DNA of 64,000 nucleotides from Escherichia coli (GTDB lineage Bacteria; Pseudomonadota; Gammaproteobacteria; Enterobacterales; Enterobacteriaceae): NCBI RefSeq assembly GCF_003991155.1, contig NZ_CP031297.1; one strand, 5' to 3'. Shown piece by piece: positions 26,201 to 34,841 of this stretch (position 1 is its first letter; each line of letters starts with the position of its first letter). The notes under the pieces were generated by a model. It saw only the letters and a program-made list of their open reading frames with translations, ran no database searches and was not told where the DNA came from. The position numbers and the translations under genes were made by a program.

Positions 26201-28786
26201 ATAACCCTCAGCGCAGACCGTGCGAAAAAAGAGGCCGCGAACAAGGCTGTTGGTAGTGCAAGCCGTGCCTGTCTGTTCGAGTGGCAGCAGATCCCCGATG
26301 GATTGGTCCAAGACCCGTTATCGGAATCACCTTCGCTCTCTGGTTCATTGGCCTCCAACGGCGTTCATCCACTGGGGTGGCGGGTAAGTATTTTCACCCG
26401 TAACGGCACTAGGGTGACGTTGAACGACGAGACTTTCAATGTCGAAGCGGTTGACCCACCAGCTCCGACCGTTGAACTAGCCTCCGACTACAACTTCAAA
26501 GACAACATCTACTTGGTGCCGATGACAGGTAACTACCTGGGTGATGCCATTATCAACTCTGAACGAGCTGATCTGGATATTGCCATATCGCGCAACTCGG
26601 ATGTTCTTGAGTCTGAGACCTTCACTCCGGGATGGGGTGCCACCAATAAGGTGTATCGCCGCATCAATACCGATGAGCGAGCGTTGTGGGAGGAGACCAC
26701 CTACAAGGTGAACGCGGCCTACAACAAGGTGCCTGATGTGAAGACTGAGGTTGTCTACCGGGCTATCTCTGCACCTTCTGACAGTATCCGTCCTATCGTT
26801 GAAGTTAAAGGTGATACCGCGATTGACACCCAGGCATTGCCGGTTAGGGTTCTCATCCGTGATCAGTACAAACCTGATGGTGACTATGACGCTAACACGA
26901 TGGGGGTGTGGAAAGTACGCCTGATCCAGCAAAAGGCCTACAACGAGACGGTTGCGCTCACTGATTATGCGGAAGCATCGAACGGTGAAGCTCAGTTCTC
27001 AGTAGACCTGTCTGGTGTGGATACTTCCTCCGTCCGTATCGCTGCTGAGGCTGTTCTGGAAAGCCCTGTTGAGGGTTACAACCGCACAGAGTTGTCTATC
27101 AGACCTGCCTTCTTGACAGTGCTTCGCGGTGGTGCCATCGGTGCTGGCGTGGAGGCTCGCAAGTTGTCTGGTGAAGCTCCGTTCACTGCTGTGTTCAAGC
27201 TATCTTTGGACGACCGTCAGGATCTCCGGGCTACCGGCCAGGTTGTGTGGGAAACCAGTAAGGACGACGGTAAAACCTGGGAGCAGTTCATCCCAGAAGA
27301 TCGATACAAGTATCAGCTTGTGAAGACCTTCGACAAGGGGGAGTACCAGGTTCGGGCCAAGGTGGTGAACGTCAACTCAGGTGCGGAAAAGTACACCGAA
27401 GCGGTCAGTGTTGTCGCTTACGACAAACCTGATATTGCTGTTATCGGCCCGACCACGTTGTTTGTCGGAAGTGAAGGCAAGTACACAGCGAACCTGACGT
27501 TGAACGATGAGCCAATCTCCGGTGGCAATGCCATTGTTGAGTGGTCTACTGACGGTGGCAAAACCTACGCGCAGACAGGGGATAGCATCACGCTTTCGAG
27601 CGATGAAGAAACCCGATACCGCCTGTGGGCTCGTGTGCGCTCTGCCACGGCACCGGCTGATGACGGCTATGCCTATGAAGTTGCGAAAACGGCGGTTGAC
27701 TTCCGAGCAGTGAAGGCACCTCGTCCTTACGTGACAGGGCCGCGAGTTATTGAGACCGGTAAGAAGTATGTGTTCAAAGCCGAAACCAGCCTGCCTTACC
27801 GTGGGATGGACGTGAAGCTGAACGGGTTCTTCACGCTGCCTGATGGCTCGATTGTGCAGGGTGATACTGCTGAGTACGAACCCTCTGACACTGACCTCAA
27901 TCAGGCTACTGTAGAAACGAAGTACACCACCTGGATCGAAGGATACCGAGATCAGGGTGCAGAGGCTTCGCATAGCCTACGCTCCCGCGTTTGGCAGTAT
28001 GTATGGCCGAGCTTCGGAATGCAGGTTAGGAAGAACGCAGACGTGGCTCCTGCGACGATCACCGCGTCAGTGCGGCCAATTGCCTTCAACGGCAAGCTGG
28101 AAGAGCCGACCTACGAGTGGGAGTTGCCGGAAGGCGCTGTGATTCAGGATCAGCGGCAGGATATTGTCCGGTCCTTTGTGATCAATGAGCCGGGTGATTA
28201 CAACATCAAGGTCACTGTCCGTGATGCTCGCGGCCATGAGACCGTGATCGAGCAACCGCTCAAGATCGGCCAGGCAGCGCCCTATGCCATTGACCTGCAA
28301 TACTCTGGCTCGAACAAATACGAGCGTGAGCCTCTGGATGTGCTGTTGCGACCGTACATTTCTGGCGGCCACCCACGCGACCGTATTTCGACTCGTGTTT
28401 ATTCGGTAGATGGTACACCGTTGGAAAGCAGTGGTTACTACGGCAGAGCAACTCTGGGCGCTGGTGAGCACAGCATCAAGCTGAAAATAACCTCAGAAAT
28501 GGGGCATGAAGCTGAGGGCGAGGTGAACATCAATGTTGCAGAGAACAAGTTGCCTGCATGTAGCCTGAGCTCACGAGAGACCGTTGGGTCGTGGATCGTC
28601 TATGCGAACTGCGAAGATACCGATGGCCGCATGAAGTCCTACGAATGGACCATTGCCGGTGAGTTGCAGAGCATCAGCTCTGATCGAGTGACTATCAGCA
28701 AGGGCACCTATGAAACGATGCCGACCATCTCTCTGGTTGGGGTCGATGACTCTGGGGGCAAATCCGAAGCTGTTACCATGAACTAA
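23300..28786 (+). CDS. Giant secreted protein (1828 aa) with Ig-like and PKD-like repeats
   Basis: ATG at 23300 with GGAGA SD; signal peptide MINFKPKIPAMLGALAVLTAGAAHA; recurrent DVTPPT/TPPT segments; C-terminal YEWELPEG...GDYNIKVTVRDARG PKD-like pattern. Confidence 0.85.
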   Translation: MINFKPKIPAMLGALAVLTAGAAHAELLEYTFKAPDGTQRSLTPNANYANPTGNISFALSAGIDRKVKISVLRSDGTVVSTATSHLLGATDRITVGGKSYYGAELQLPAPVGGAYTIRAEILASDGSTVQTDEYPLTVDVTPPTYSSLAPVYSNYGQVTSGDVWKLGLGGSEDNAFLLSGISDESPIKGVKAKLYRQDGSLYKDVSVNYDDANGQARQSFQSGFFPASDLDEVFTLQFEISDSAGNSYLSPRQKVMFDSITNAPSAPFGVYDPSSTNNLGPGLTGFVAYTEGMTVKTNPIKLAWRVPRDNWHEYREGGINMTNALGEMSKVGEDASYVYLVTTAPYGNTDGNYWRWVNFGQWGGGGIAYNLTLSPSAPKSPRLLGVDYNYSDIGWSSFYRYWVNNSVLPVTVSSIRVKVEPRPYVQTAVHRGSCEIPVGQDSCVIANSFTMAKGTTGYVHDNATVFNPDKSLRSNPLWAEVNWNDQHYPQLSQQFDQNSKVFTLFVNQPGRGAYFDRLRLRSAWIEDSKGNKLSPTGGLIANNWENYTYQWDLKTLPEGQYSLVAAAEEMHGPLTRQPMFQITSDRTPPTMTLSVADGAAIQTLDDVVITLADAIDPSPKLTSIALVGGPANDKVQLSWREESKGRFRLEYPVMFPSLKEGESYTLTVSGEDAQGNAVQKAVGFEYKPRQVMLADGMDGKVMVPAVTHEFVHADGKRIIETKPLTLSDGAVVTGSYDVFATLRSDAKVPLVVNGVRIEPGQTMGIMSQHDFGASGGRLSIPVKPAVPDVVGSSSLLVMTSAPNSPILVVDINTWKGTAKLSAESWTIRQVIDPVKIYALPESGVPCRFTTKEDVAMAADPIRDPVCLLQWDRTPDEAEQTTQDNNGMKVAGLVGQAVSIGEQPVEYSLYLFSGDGSKVKVGSGSQNLTVTTAYGSVGYTPIDDIAQVNRVIEDFDVNFKQSKGPDCSITLSADRAKKEAANKAVGSASRACLFEWQQIPDGLVQDPLSESPSLSGSLASNGVHPLGWRVSIFTRNGTRVTLNDETFNVEAVDPPAPTVELASDYNFKDNIYLVPMTGNYLGDAIINSERADLDIAISRNSDVLESETFTPGWGATNKVYRRINTDERALWEETTYKVNAAYNKVPDVKTEVVYRAISAPSDSIRPIVEVKGDTAIDTQALPVRVLIRDQYKPDGDYDANTMGVWKVRLIQQKAYNETVALTDYAEASNGEAQFSVDLSGVDTSSVRIAAEAVLESPVEGYNRTELSIRPAFLTVLRGGAIGAGVEARKLSGEAPFTAVFKLSLDDRQDLRATGQVVWETSKDDGKTWEQFIPEDRYKYQLVKTFDKGEYQVRAKVVNVNSGAEKYTEAVSVVAYDKPDIAVIGPTTLFVGSEGKYTANLTLNDEPISGGNAIVEWSTDGGKTYAQTGDSITLSSDEETRYRLWARVRSATAPADDGYAYEVAKTAVDFRAVKAPRPYVTGPRVIETGKKYVFKAETSLPYRGMDVKLNGFFTLPDGSIVQGDTAEYEPSDTDLNQATVETKYTTWIEGYRDQGAEASHSLRSRVWQYVWPSFGMQVRKNADVAPATITASVRPIAFNGKLEEPTYEWELPEGAVIQDQRQDIVRSFVINEPGDYNIKVTVRDARGHETVIEQPLKIGQAAPYAIDLQYSGSNKYEREPLDVLLRPYISGGHPRDRISTRVYSVDGTPLESSGYYGRATLGAGEHSIKLKITSEMGHEAEGEVNINVAENKLPACSLSSRETVGSWIVYANCEDTDGRMKSYEWTIAGELQSISSDRVTISKGTYETMPTISLVGVDDSGGKSEAVTMN

Positions 28787-28802
28787 GGTTCATTCCTCTC
28801 AA

Positions 28803-28829
28803 AGCCCGGTTCAGACCGGGCTTTTTTTT
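28803..28829 (+). terminator. Intrinsic terminator (GCCCGGT-tcag-ACCGGGC + T8)
   Basis: Perfect hairpin + TTTTTTTT. Confidence 0.75.
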
Positions 28830-28843
28830 GTATCGCGCTGGAA

Positions 28844-28870
28844 TTGTCCAAATTGGGCTATTACAGAGGC
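28844..28870 (+). promoter_or_regulatory. Motif B variant (TGTCC-AAATT-GGGC ... TTACAGAG)
   Basis: 15 bp after terminator. Confidence 0.3.
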
Positions 28871-28934
28871 GAGTCTATTTCCATCCCCCGGATACACTGC
28901 CCAGCATCCAGTAATCCAATCTTAGGGGATAGAC

Positions 28935-29642
28935 ATGCGGACAAAATTACTTGGGGCGCTGATGGTGTTCGGGATTATTACCGGCACGGCTCATGCGTCA
29001 TCGAAATTGGAAATCACCGATCCCAGAGCGGCGAAGATAGAGGACATTGTAGAGCTACCCATCAAAGGGGTTCGAGCCGTCCAAAGTGATGGGCAGATCA
29101 TGTTCCTCTCTGAAAACGGACGATTTGTTATTTCAGGACAAATCTACGACCTGTGGAGCAAGAAGCCCCTCAACACGATGTCCCAAATGAGGGATGTAGC
29201 GGAGCGTATCCACTTCAAGAGCATGGGCATGGATGTGGACACGCTGAACACTGTGTCGATGGGGCGTGGTGACAAAGAGGTGGTGGTCTTTGTTGATCCT
29301 AGGTGCGCGGTTTGCCATCAGCTCATGGGTGATGCCAAATCGCTGGTGGATGATTACACCTTTAAATTTATCGTGATTCCAGCTCTGGGTGCTGAGTCCA
29401 ACCGCCTGGCAAAAAACTTGTACTGCGCGAAAGACAAAACCCACGCGCTTGATGCGCTGATGAACAACACCCTGGGTTCCCTTCCTTCAAAAGAAACCTG
29501 CGACCCCGGCCAATACGACCAAACGCTGCTGACAGCTCATTTCATTGGGATTGAGGGCGTTCCGTTCGTTGTTGCTCCGGATGGTCGTGTCAGCAAAGGA
29601 CGTCCGAAGAACCTGAAATCATGGTTGGAGAGTGCTGAATGA
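28935..29642 (+). CDS. DsbC-like thiol:disulfide interchange protein
   Basis: Signal peptide; thioredoxin CxxC motif FVDPRCAVCHQL. Confidence 0.85.
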   Translation: MRTKLLGALMVFGIITGTAHASSKLEITDPRAAKIEDIVELPIKGVRAVQSDGQIMFLSENGRFVISGQIYDLWSKKPLNTMSQMRDVAERIHFKSMGMDVDTLNTVSMGRGDKEVVVFVDPRCAVCHQLMGDAKSLVDDYTFKFIVIPALGAESNRLAKNLYCAKDKTHALDALMNNTLGSLPSKETCDPGQYDQTLLTAHFIGIEGVPFVVAPDGRVSKGRPKNLKSWLESAE

Positions 29643-32086
29643 TCGTAACCATCAAAAAGAAACTCGAAGAAACGTTGATCCCGGAGCACTTGCGAGCTGC
29701 CGGGATTATTCCTGTCCTGGCCTATGACGAAGACGATCATGTCTTCCTTATGGATGATCACAGTGCAGGCTTTGGTTTCATGTGTGAGCCCCTGTGTGGT
29801 GCCGATGAAAAAGTTCAGGAGCGAATGAACGGTTTCCTGAATCAGGAGTTCCCGTCGAAGACTACGCTCCAGTTTGTCCTGTTCCGCTCCCCGGACATCA
29901 ATCAGGAGATGTACCGGATGATGGGTTTGCGTGATGGCTTCCGTCACGAGCTGCTGACATCTGTTATCAAGGAACGGATTAACTTCCTCCAGCACCACAC
30001 GACAGATCGCATATTTGCCAAGACCAACAAAGGTATCTACGACAATGGCTTGATCCAAGACCTCAAGCTGTTCGTTACGTGCAAAGTCCCCATCAAGAAC
30101 AATAACCCGACTGAAAGCGAACTCCAGCAGCTCGCACAGCTTCGCACGAAGGTCGAATCATCGCTTCAAACCGTTGGTCTGCGTCCTCGCACAATGACGG
30201 CGGTGAACTACATCCGGATCATGAGCACCATCCTGAATTGGGGGCCAGATGCTTCATGGCGACATGACTCTGTGGATTGGGAGATGGATAAGCCCATCTG
30301 CGAGCAAATCTTCGATTACGGCACCGACGTGGAAGTCAGCAAGAATGGCATCAGGCTGGGTGACTACCACGCGAAAGTCATGTCAGCGAAAAAGCTGCCT
30401 GACGTTTTCTACTTTGGTGATGCGTTGACCTATGCCGGGGATCTCAGCGGCGGCAATTCCAGCATCAAAGAAAACTACATGGTCGTGACCAATGTTTTTT
30501 TCCCTGAGGCAGAAAGCACGAAAAACACTCTGGAGCGCAAACGCCAGTTCACTGTAAACCAAGCCTACGGGCCGATGCTCAAATTCGTGCCGGTGCTGGC
30601 GGACAAGAAGGAGAGCTTCGACACTCTCTATGAGTCCATGAAAGAGGGGGCTAAGCCAGTCAAGATCACCTACTCGGTGGTTTTATTTGCTCCAACCAAA
30701 GAACGTGTTGAAGCGGCGGCGATGGCCGCACGAAACATCTGGCGTGAATCTCGGTTCGAGCTGATGGAGGACAAGTTCGTTGCTCTGCCGATGTTCCTCA
30801 ACTGCCTGCCATTCTGTACCGACCGGGATGCAGTGCGAGACCTATTCCGCTACAAGACCATGACAACCGAGCAGGCTGCTGTGGTCCTGCCGGTGTTTGG
30901 GGAATGGAAGGGGACCGGGACCTATCATGCAGCGCTGATTTCCCGCAACGGCCAGCTCATGAGTCTGTCTCTTCACGACAGTAATACCAACAAGAACCTG
31001 GTGATCGCAGCCGAATCCGGCTCGGGTAAATCGTTCCTTACCAACGAACTGATTTTTTCCTACTTGTCCGAGGGGGCTCAGGTCTGGGTTATTGATGCCG
31101 GTAAGTCCTACCAGAAGTTGTCGGAAATGCTCAATGGCGACTTCGTTCACTTTGAAGAAGGAACGCACGTCTGCCTCAACCCGTTTGAGCTCATACAGAA
31201 CTACGAGGACGAAGAAGACGCGATAGTCAGCCTCGTTTGTGCGATGGCTTCGGCTAAGGGCTTGCTGGATGAATGGCAAATCTCTGCGTTGAAACAGGTC
31301 CTTTCTCGCCTGTGGGAAGAGAAAGGTAAAGAGATGAAGGTTGACGACATCGCTGAGCGCTGCCTGGAAGAAGAAAATGACCAGCGCCTCAAGGATATTG
31401 GTCAGCAGCTCTACGCCTTTACGTCGCAGGGCAGCTACGGGAAATACTTCTCTCGCAAGAACAACGTCAGCTTCCAGAACCAGTTCACTGTACTGGAGCT
31501 CGATGAACTGCAAGGGCGTAAGCACTTGCGTCAGGTTGTACTACTCCAGCTTATTTACCAGATCCAGCAAGAAGTATTCCTGGGTGAACGTAACCGCAAG
31601 AAAGTCGTCATCGTGGATGAGGCCTGGGACCTGCTCAAAGAGGGCGAGGTCTCGGTCTTCATGGAACATGCCTACCGCAAATTCCGTAAGTACGGTGGCT
31701 CCGTTGTCATTGCAACGCAGTCCATCAACGACCTCTATGAGAACGCAGTGGGCCGCGCCATCGCGGAGAACTCGGCCAGCATGTACTTGCTCGGCCAAAC
31801 CGAAGAAACCGTGGAATCTGTTAAACGTAGCGGTCGTCTGACCCTTTCAGAGGGCGGGTTCCACACCCTCAAAACGGTACACACCATCCAAGGCGTGTAC
31901 TCAGAAATCTTTATCAAATCGAAGAGCGGTATGGGCGTCGGTCGCTTGATAGTGGGCGACTTCCAGAAGCTACTTTATTCGACCGATCCGGTGGACGTTA
32001 ACGCCATCGACCAGTTTGTGAAACAAGGCATGAGCATACCTGAGGCAATCAAGGCCGTAATGCGAAGCCGTCGGCAGGCTGCATAA
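29639..32086 (+). CDS. Conjugative transfer ATPase (VirB4/TraC family)
   Basis: 815 aa; Walker A AESGSGKS; Walker B VVIVDEAWD. Confidence 0.92.
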   Translation: MIVTIKKKLEETLIPEHLRAAGIIPVLAYDEDDHVFLMDDHSAGFGFMCEPLCGADEKVQERMNGFLNQEFPSKTTLQFVLFRSPDINQEMYRMMGLRDGFRHELLTSVIKERINFLQHHTTDRIFAKTNKGIYDNGLIQDLKLFVTCKVPIKNNNPTESELQQLAQLRTKVESSLQTVGLRPRTMTAVNYIRIMSTILNWGPDASWRHDSVDWEMDKPICEQIFDYGTDVEVSKNGIRLGDYHAKVMSAKKLPDVFYFGDALTYAGDLSGGNSSIKENYMVVTNVFFPEAESTKNTLERKRQFTVNQAYGPMLKFVPVLADKKESFDTLYESMKEGAKPVKITYSVVLFAPTKERVEAAAMAARNIWRESRFELMEDKFVALPMFLNCLPFCTDRDAVRDLFRYKTMTTEQAAVVLPVFGEWKGTGTYHAALISRNGQLMSLSLHDSNTNKNLVIAAESGSGKSFLTNELIFSYLSEGAQVWVIDAGKSYQKLSEMLNGDFVHFEEGTHVCLNPFELIQNYEDEEDAIVSLVCAMASAKGLLDEWQISALKQVLSRLWEEKGKEMKVDDIAERCLEEENDQRLKDIGQQLYAFTSQGSYGKYFSRKNNVSFQNQFTVLELDELQGRKHLRQVVLLQLIYQIQQEVFLGERNRKKVVIVDEAWDLLKEGEVSVFMEHAYRKFRKYGGSVVIATQSINDLYENAVGRAIAENSASMYLLGQTEETVESVKRSGRLTLSEGGFHTLKTVHTIQGVYSEIFIKSKSGMGVGRLIVGDFQKLLYSTDPVDVNAIDQFVKQGMSIPEAIKAVMRSRRQAA

Positions 32087-32100
32087 CCAGGGAGACAGTA

Positions 32101-32418
32101 ATGGACATTAAATCAATCGCAATCGCCGCCATTCTCGGTGCCGCTGGTGGCTTCGGCGGTAGCTACTACGTGATGAGCGAACAAACGGCAAGCATCCATC
32201 AGCGTTTGAATCAAACCCCGCCAGTGGTCGTGGTTGACTTCGCTAAAGTGGCGTCGGCGTATCCCGCTGGTGCCTCTCAGGAGGAAGTTGAAAGGCTGAT
32301 GGTCAAGACCAATGACGCAATTTTGAAGTTGAAAGACGCAGGTTATTTGGTCCTTGACGCAAGTGCTGTCGTCGGGGCTCCAAGTGACGTGTACCTCCCT
32401 GATGAGGTGCTGAAATGA
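32101..32418 (+). CDS. Small membrane-anchored T4SS protein
   Basis: GGGAGA SD; N-terminal TM. Confidence 0.75.
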   Translation: MDIKSIAIAAILGAAGGFGGSYYVMSEQTASIHQRLNQTPPVVVVDFAKVASAYPAGASQEEVERLMVKTNDAILKLKDAGYLVLDASAVVGAPSDVYLPDEVLK

Positions 32419-32945
32419 ATTTTCCACTCAAGAAGTATTTCGTCAAAAAGGAATCCTGGAAGCGCTTCGGGGTTAAGGCAGGTGTGACACTAGTGGTTCT
32501 TTGGGCTGCTGGTGCGGCCTTTGCCAGCCGCTACCGTATTGGCATTGATCCACAACAGGAGAAGTGCCTGCCGGGTTACACCTTCTTCCTCATTGATCTG
32601 AACGACCAAACTCTGGAGAGGGGAGCGGTTTACGCCTTCCAAGCCAAGAACATGCAGCCTTTCTACAAGGACGGGACTCGCATGGTCAAAATCCTCACCG
32701 GTATGCCGGGGGATAAAGTCGAGATCAACGATAAGTGGAAGATCACCGTCAATGGTGATGTCGTCGGAGAGGGGCTCCAGCTCGCAGGGAAACTACATCT
32801 GCCAGAGAGCCACTTTTACGGCAAGACCACGCTGAAAGAGAACAACTACTGGTTTATGGGCAAAAGCCCATTCAGCTTCGACTCACGTTACTGGGGGACT
32901 GTGAAAAATGATCAGATCATTGGCCGCGCATATCCCCTGTTCTAA
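32415..32945 (+). CDS. TraF-like signal peptidase family protein
   Basis: C-terminal NNYWFMGKSPFSFDSRYWG...IIGRAYPLF pattern typical of S26/TraF peptidases. Confidence 0.7.
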   Translation: MNFPLKKYFVKKESWKRFGVKAGVTLVVLWAAGAAFASRYRIGIDPQQEKCLPGYTFFLIDLNDQTLERGAVYAFQAKNMQPFYKDGTRMVKILTGMPGDKVEINDKWKITVNGDVVGEGLQLAGKLHLPESHFYGKTTLKENNYWFMGKSPFSFDSRYWGTVKNDQIIGRAYPLF

Positions 32946-34173
32946 GAGCGTTCTGGTGGCGTTGATGTTCTCTGTGGCTGGCGGGGCATACGCTCAAGAG
33001 TCTCCGCTCACAGAGCAGGATAAGGCGCTTATTGAGCAAGGAAAGCAAATTGCCCAAAAGGCCCAGAAGATGGAAATGCCATCTCTGTTGCAAAACCAAC
33101 ACATGGACGAGGCTCAGGCCGAAGCCAAGGCATTTTTCAAGCAGCTCCAAACTACTAACCCAACGCTCAAGGAGATGCACCGGAAACAGGCTGAAAAGGG
33201 TATCTACTCTGACCATCGGATACTGGTTTTCGCCTCGTTGTCTCTTGGCGAACAGGGGTTAGATGACGTCCTAACGGCGGTGTCAGGCCAGCCTGATTCT
33301 GTAATTGTGTTCCGTGGCATCCCGGAAGGAATGAACTTGGGGCAGGGAGTTAAAGCTATTCAGGCGCTCGCGGCCAAAAAAGACCCAGTGCCGAACATCA
33401 TCATCAACCCTACGTTGTTCAAAACGTACAACATCACAGCCGTTCCCACGATTGTGATGCTGGAGGATGAGCCGCTGCCTGGCGAACAACCAAACGTCGT
33501 CGCCCAGGTCTCCGGGTTGTCCGACCCGGTATGGTTGGCTCGGGAAGTGGATAACGGAGAAAAAGGCGATCTCGGCGTTAAGGGGCCGGTGGAGAAAATC
33601 AGTGAGCCAGACCTTATTGATGTTGCCAAGAAACGCCTTGCCAATATCGACTGGGAAGAGAAGAAGAAACAGGCTATAGAGCGCTTCTGGACCAAGCAGA
33701 ATTTCAATGAGCTGCCAAGAGCGCCAAAATCTCGAACACGAGAAATTGACCCTAGCGTCATGATCACCAGTGACATCAGCACTCCGGATGGCACTGTGTT
33801 CGCTCACGCGGGTGACGTGATCAACCCATTGTGCGATCCGAAGGAAGTTTGCAAGCCTGGAACGCGGCCATTTACCCAAGCGGTCGTAGTTTTCGACCCG
33901 CTGGACAAAAAGCAAATGGAACTACTCGCCAAGAAGCTGCCTGAAATCAAGCTGGAGCCTGGCGTACAACGGATCACCTATATCGCCACAGAGTTCGACA
34001 AAGACAAAGGCTGGGATTCCTACAAGAGTGTCACCGACAACTTTGACGCGCCGGTATATCTGCTGACGCCAGATCTGATTACCCGGTTCGAGCTGGAGCA
34101 CACACCGAGCGTCATTACTGCCAGAGGCAAGAAGTTTGTTGTCCGCGAACTTGCTGAGGAGGGCGGTGAATGA
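32908..34173 (+). CDS. Periplasmic conjugative transfer protein (signal peptide), unknown function
   Basis: ORF 421 aa; overlaps preceding gene by 38 nt. Confidence 0.8.
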   Translation: MIRSLAAHIPCSKSVLVALMFSVAGGAYAQESPLTEQDKALIEQGKQIAQKAQKMEMPSLLQNQHMDEAQAEAKAFFKQLQTTNPTLKEMHRKQAEKGIYSDHRILVFASLSLGEQGLDDVLTAVSGQPDSVIVFRGIPEGMNLGQGVKAIQALAAKKDPVPNIIINPTLFKTYNITAVPTIVMLEDEPLPGEQPNVVAQVSGLSDPVWLAREVDNGEKGDLGVKGPVEKISEPDLIDVAKKRLANIDWEEKKKQAIERFWTKQNFNELPRAPKSRTREIDPSVMITSDISTPDGTVFAHAGDVINPLCDPKEVCKPGTRPFTQAVVVFDPLDKKQMELLAKKLPEIKLEPGVQRITYIATEFDKDKGWDSYKSVTDNFDAPVYLLTPDLITRFELEHTPSVITARGKKFVVRELAEEGGE

Positions 34174-34841
34174 TTTTTGCCCCGGCTTTCCAACCAATTA
34201 AAGACGTCGGCACAGGTTCGTTTGTCGCTGCTGAGGTACTGGCTCGTTGGTACGACGAAGGCCGGGTTCTTACACCATCCTCTCTGTCATCTCCTCCTTA
34301 TTGGGGACTGGTGGATATGGAGATGGCACGGTTCATTCAGGACAACCTTCATTATTGCTTGGATCTGTACCCGGCTCTCTTTCTGAATGTCTCCGAACAA
34401 ACTTTGCAATCAGACGTCATCTTCAAGGCGTGGTGTAGGGTTGTCCGCGACATTGCTAAAAATCACTCATCACGGCTTGTCATCGAGATTACAGAGGGCA
34501 TTCAGGACGCCTCTCTCGCATCGAGATGGGAGGCTCTGACCGAAATAGGGGTTGAGCTGGCGCTGGATGACTATGGAGACAAAAACTCTTCTCTGGATCG
34601 CCTGAGCCGTTATGACTGGCACTATTGCAAGTTTGACGCGAGAAGACTGCGGTCGCTTGAAGACTACCCGGCCATCCTCCACTGCCGCCGAAAAGGCATA
34701 CAGCTCATTGCTGAGCAGGTGGAGAGCTTCCCATTGGGGGAGAGCGCCAAATTACTTGGACTGTCATGGCAACAAGGTTTCTATCACGGGAAGCCTGCTG
34801 TCATGGAGAAAAATTTGAATTACGTAAAGGCCTTACCATGA
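34170..34841 (+). CDS. Stand-alone EAL-domain protein (c-di-GMP phosphodiesterase-like) with variant motifs
   Basis: FQPI start, EVL (for EAL), EIEITE, DDYGD (for DDFGTG), KFDxxxL, AEQVE, QQGFYHGKP. Confidence 0.75.
   Translation: MIFAPAFQPIKDVGTGSFVAAEVLARWYDEGRVLTPSSLSSPPYWGLVDMEMARFIQDNLHYCLDLYPALFLNVSEQTLQSDVIFKAWCRVVRDIAKNHSSRLVIEITEGIQDASLASRWEALTEIGVELALDDYGDKNSSLDRLSRYDWHYCKFDARRLRSLEDYPAILHCRRKGIQLIAEQVESFPLGESAKLLGLSWQQGFYHGKPAVMEKNLNYVKALP

Noticed and set aside
30842-31525. 227-aa minus-strand ORF inside the VirB4/TraC-like ATPase gene
   Set aside because: Antisense to a gene with Walker A and B motifs; no independent support.
33283-33915. 210-aa minus-strand ORF inside 32908..34173
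   Set aside because: Antisense to a transfer gene that is translationally coupled to its neighbours; no SD.
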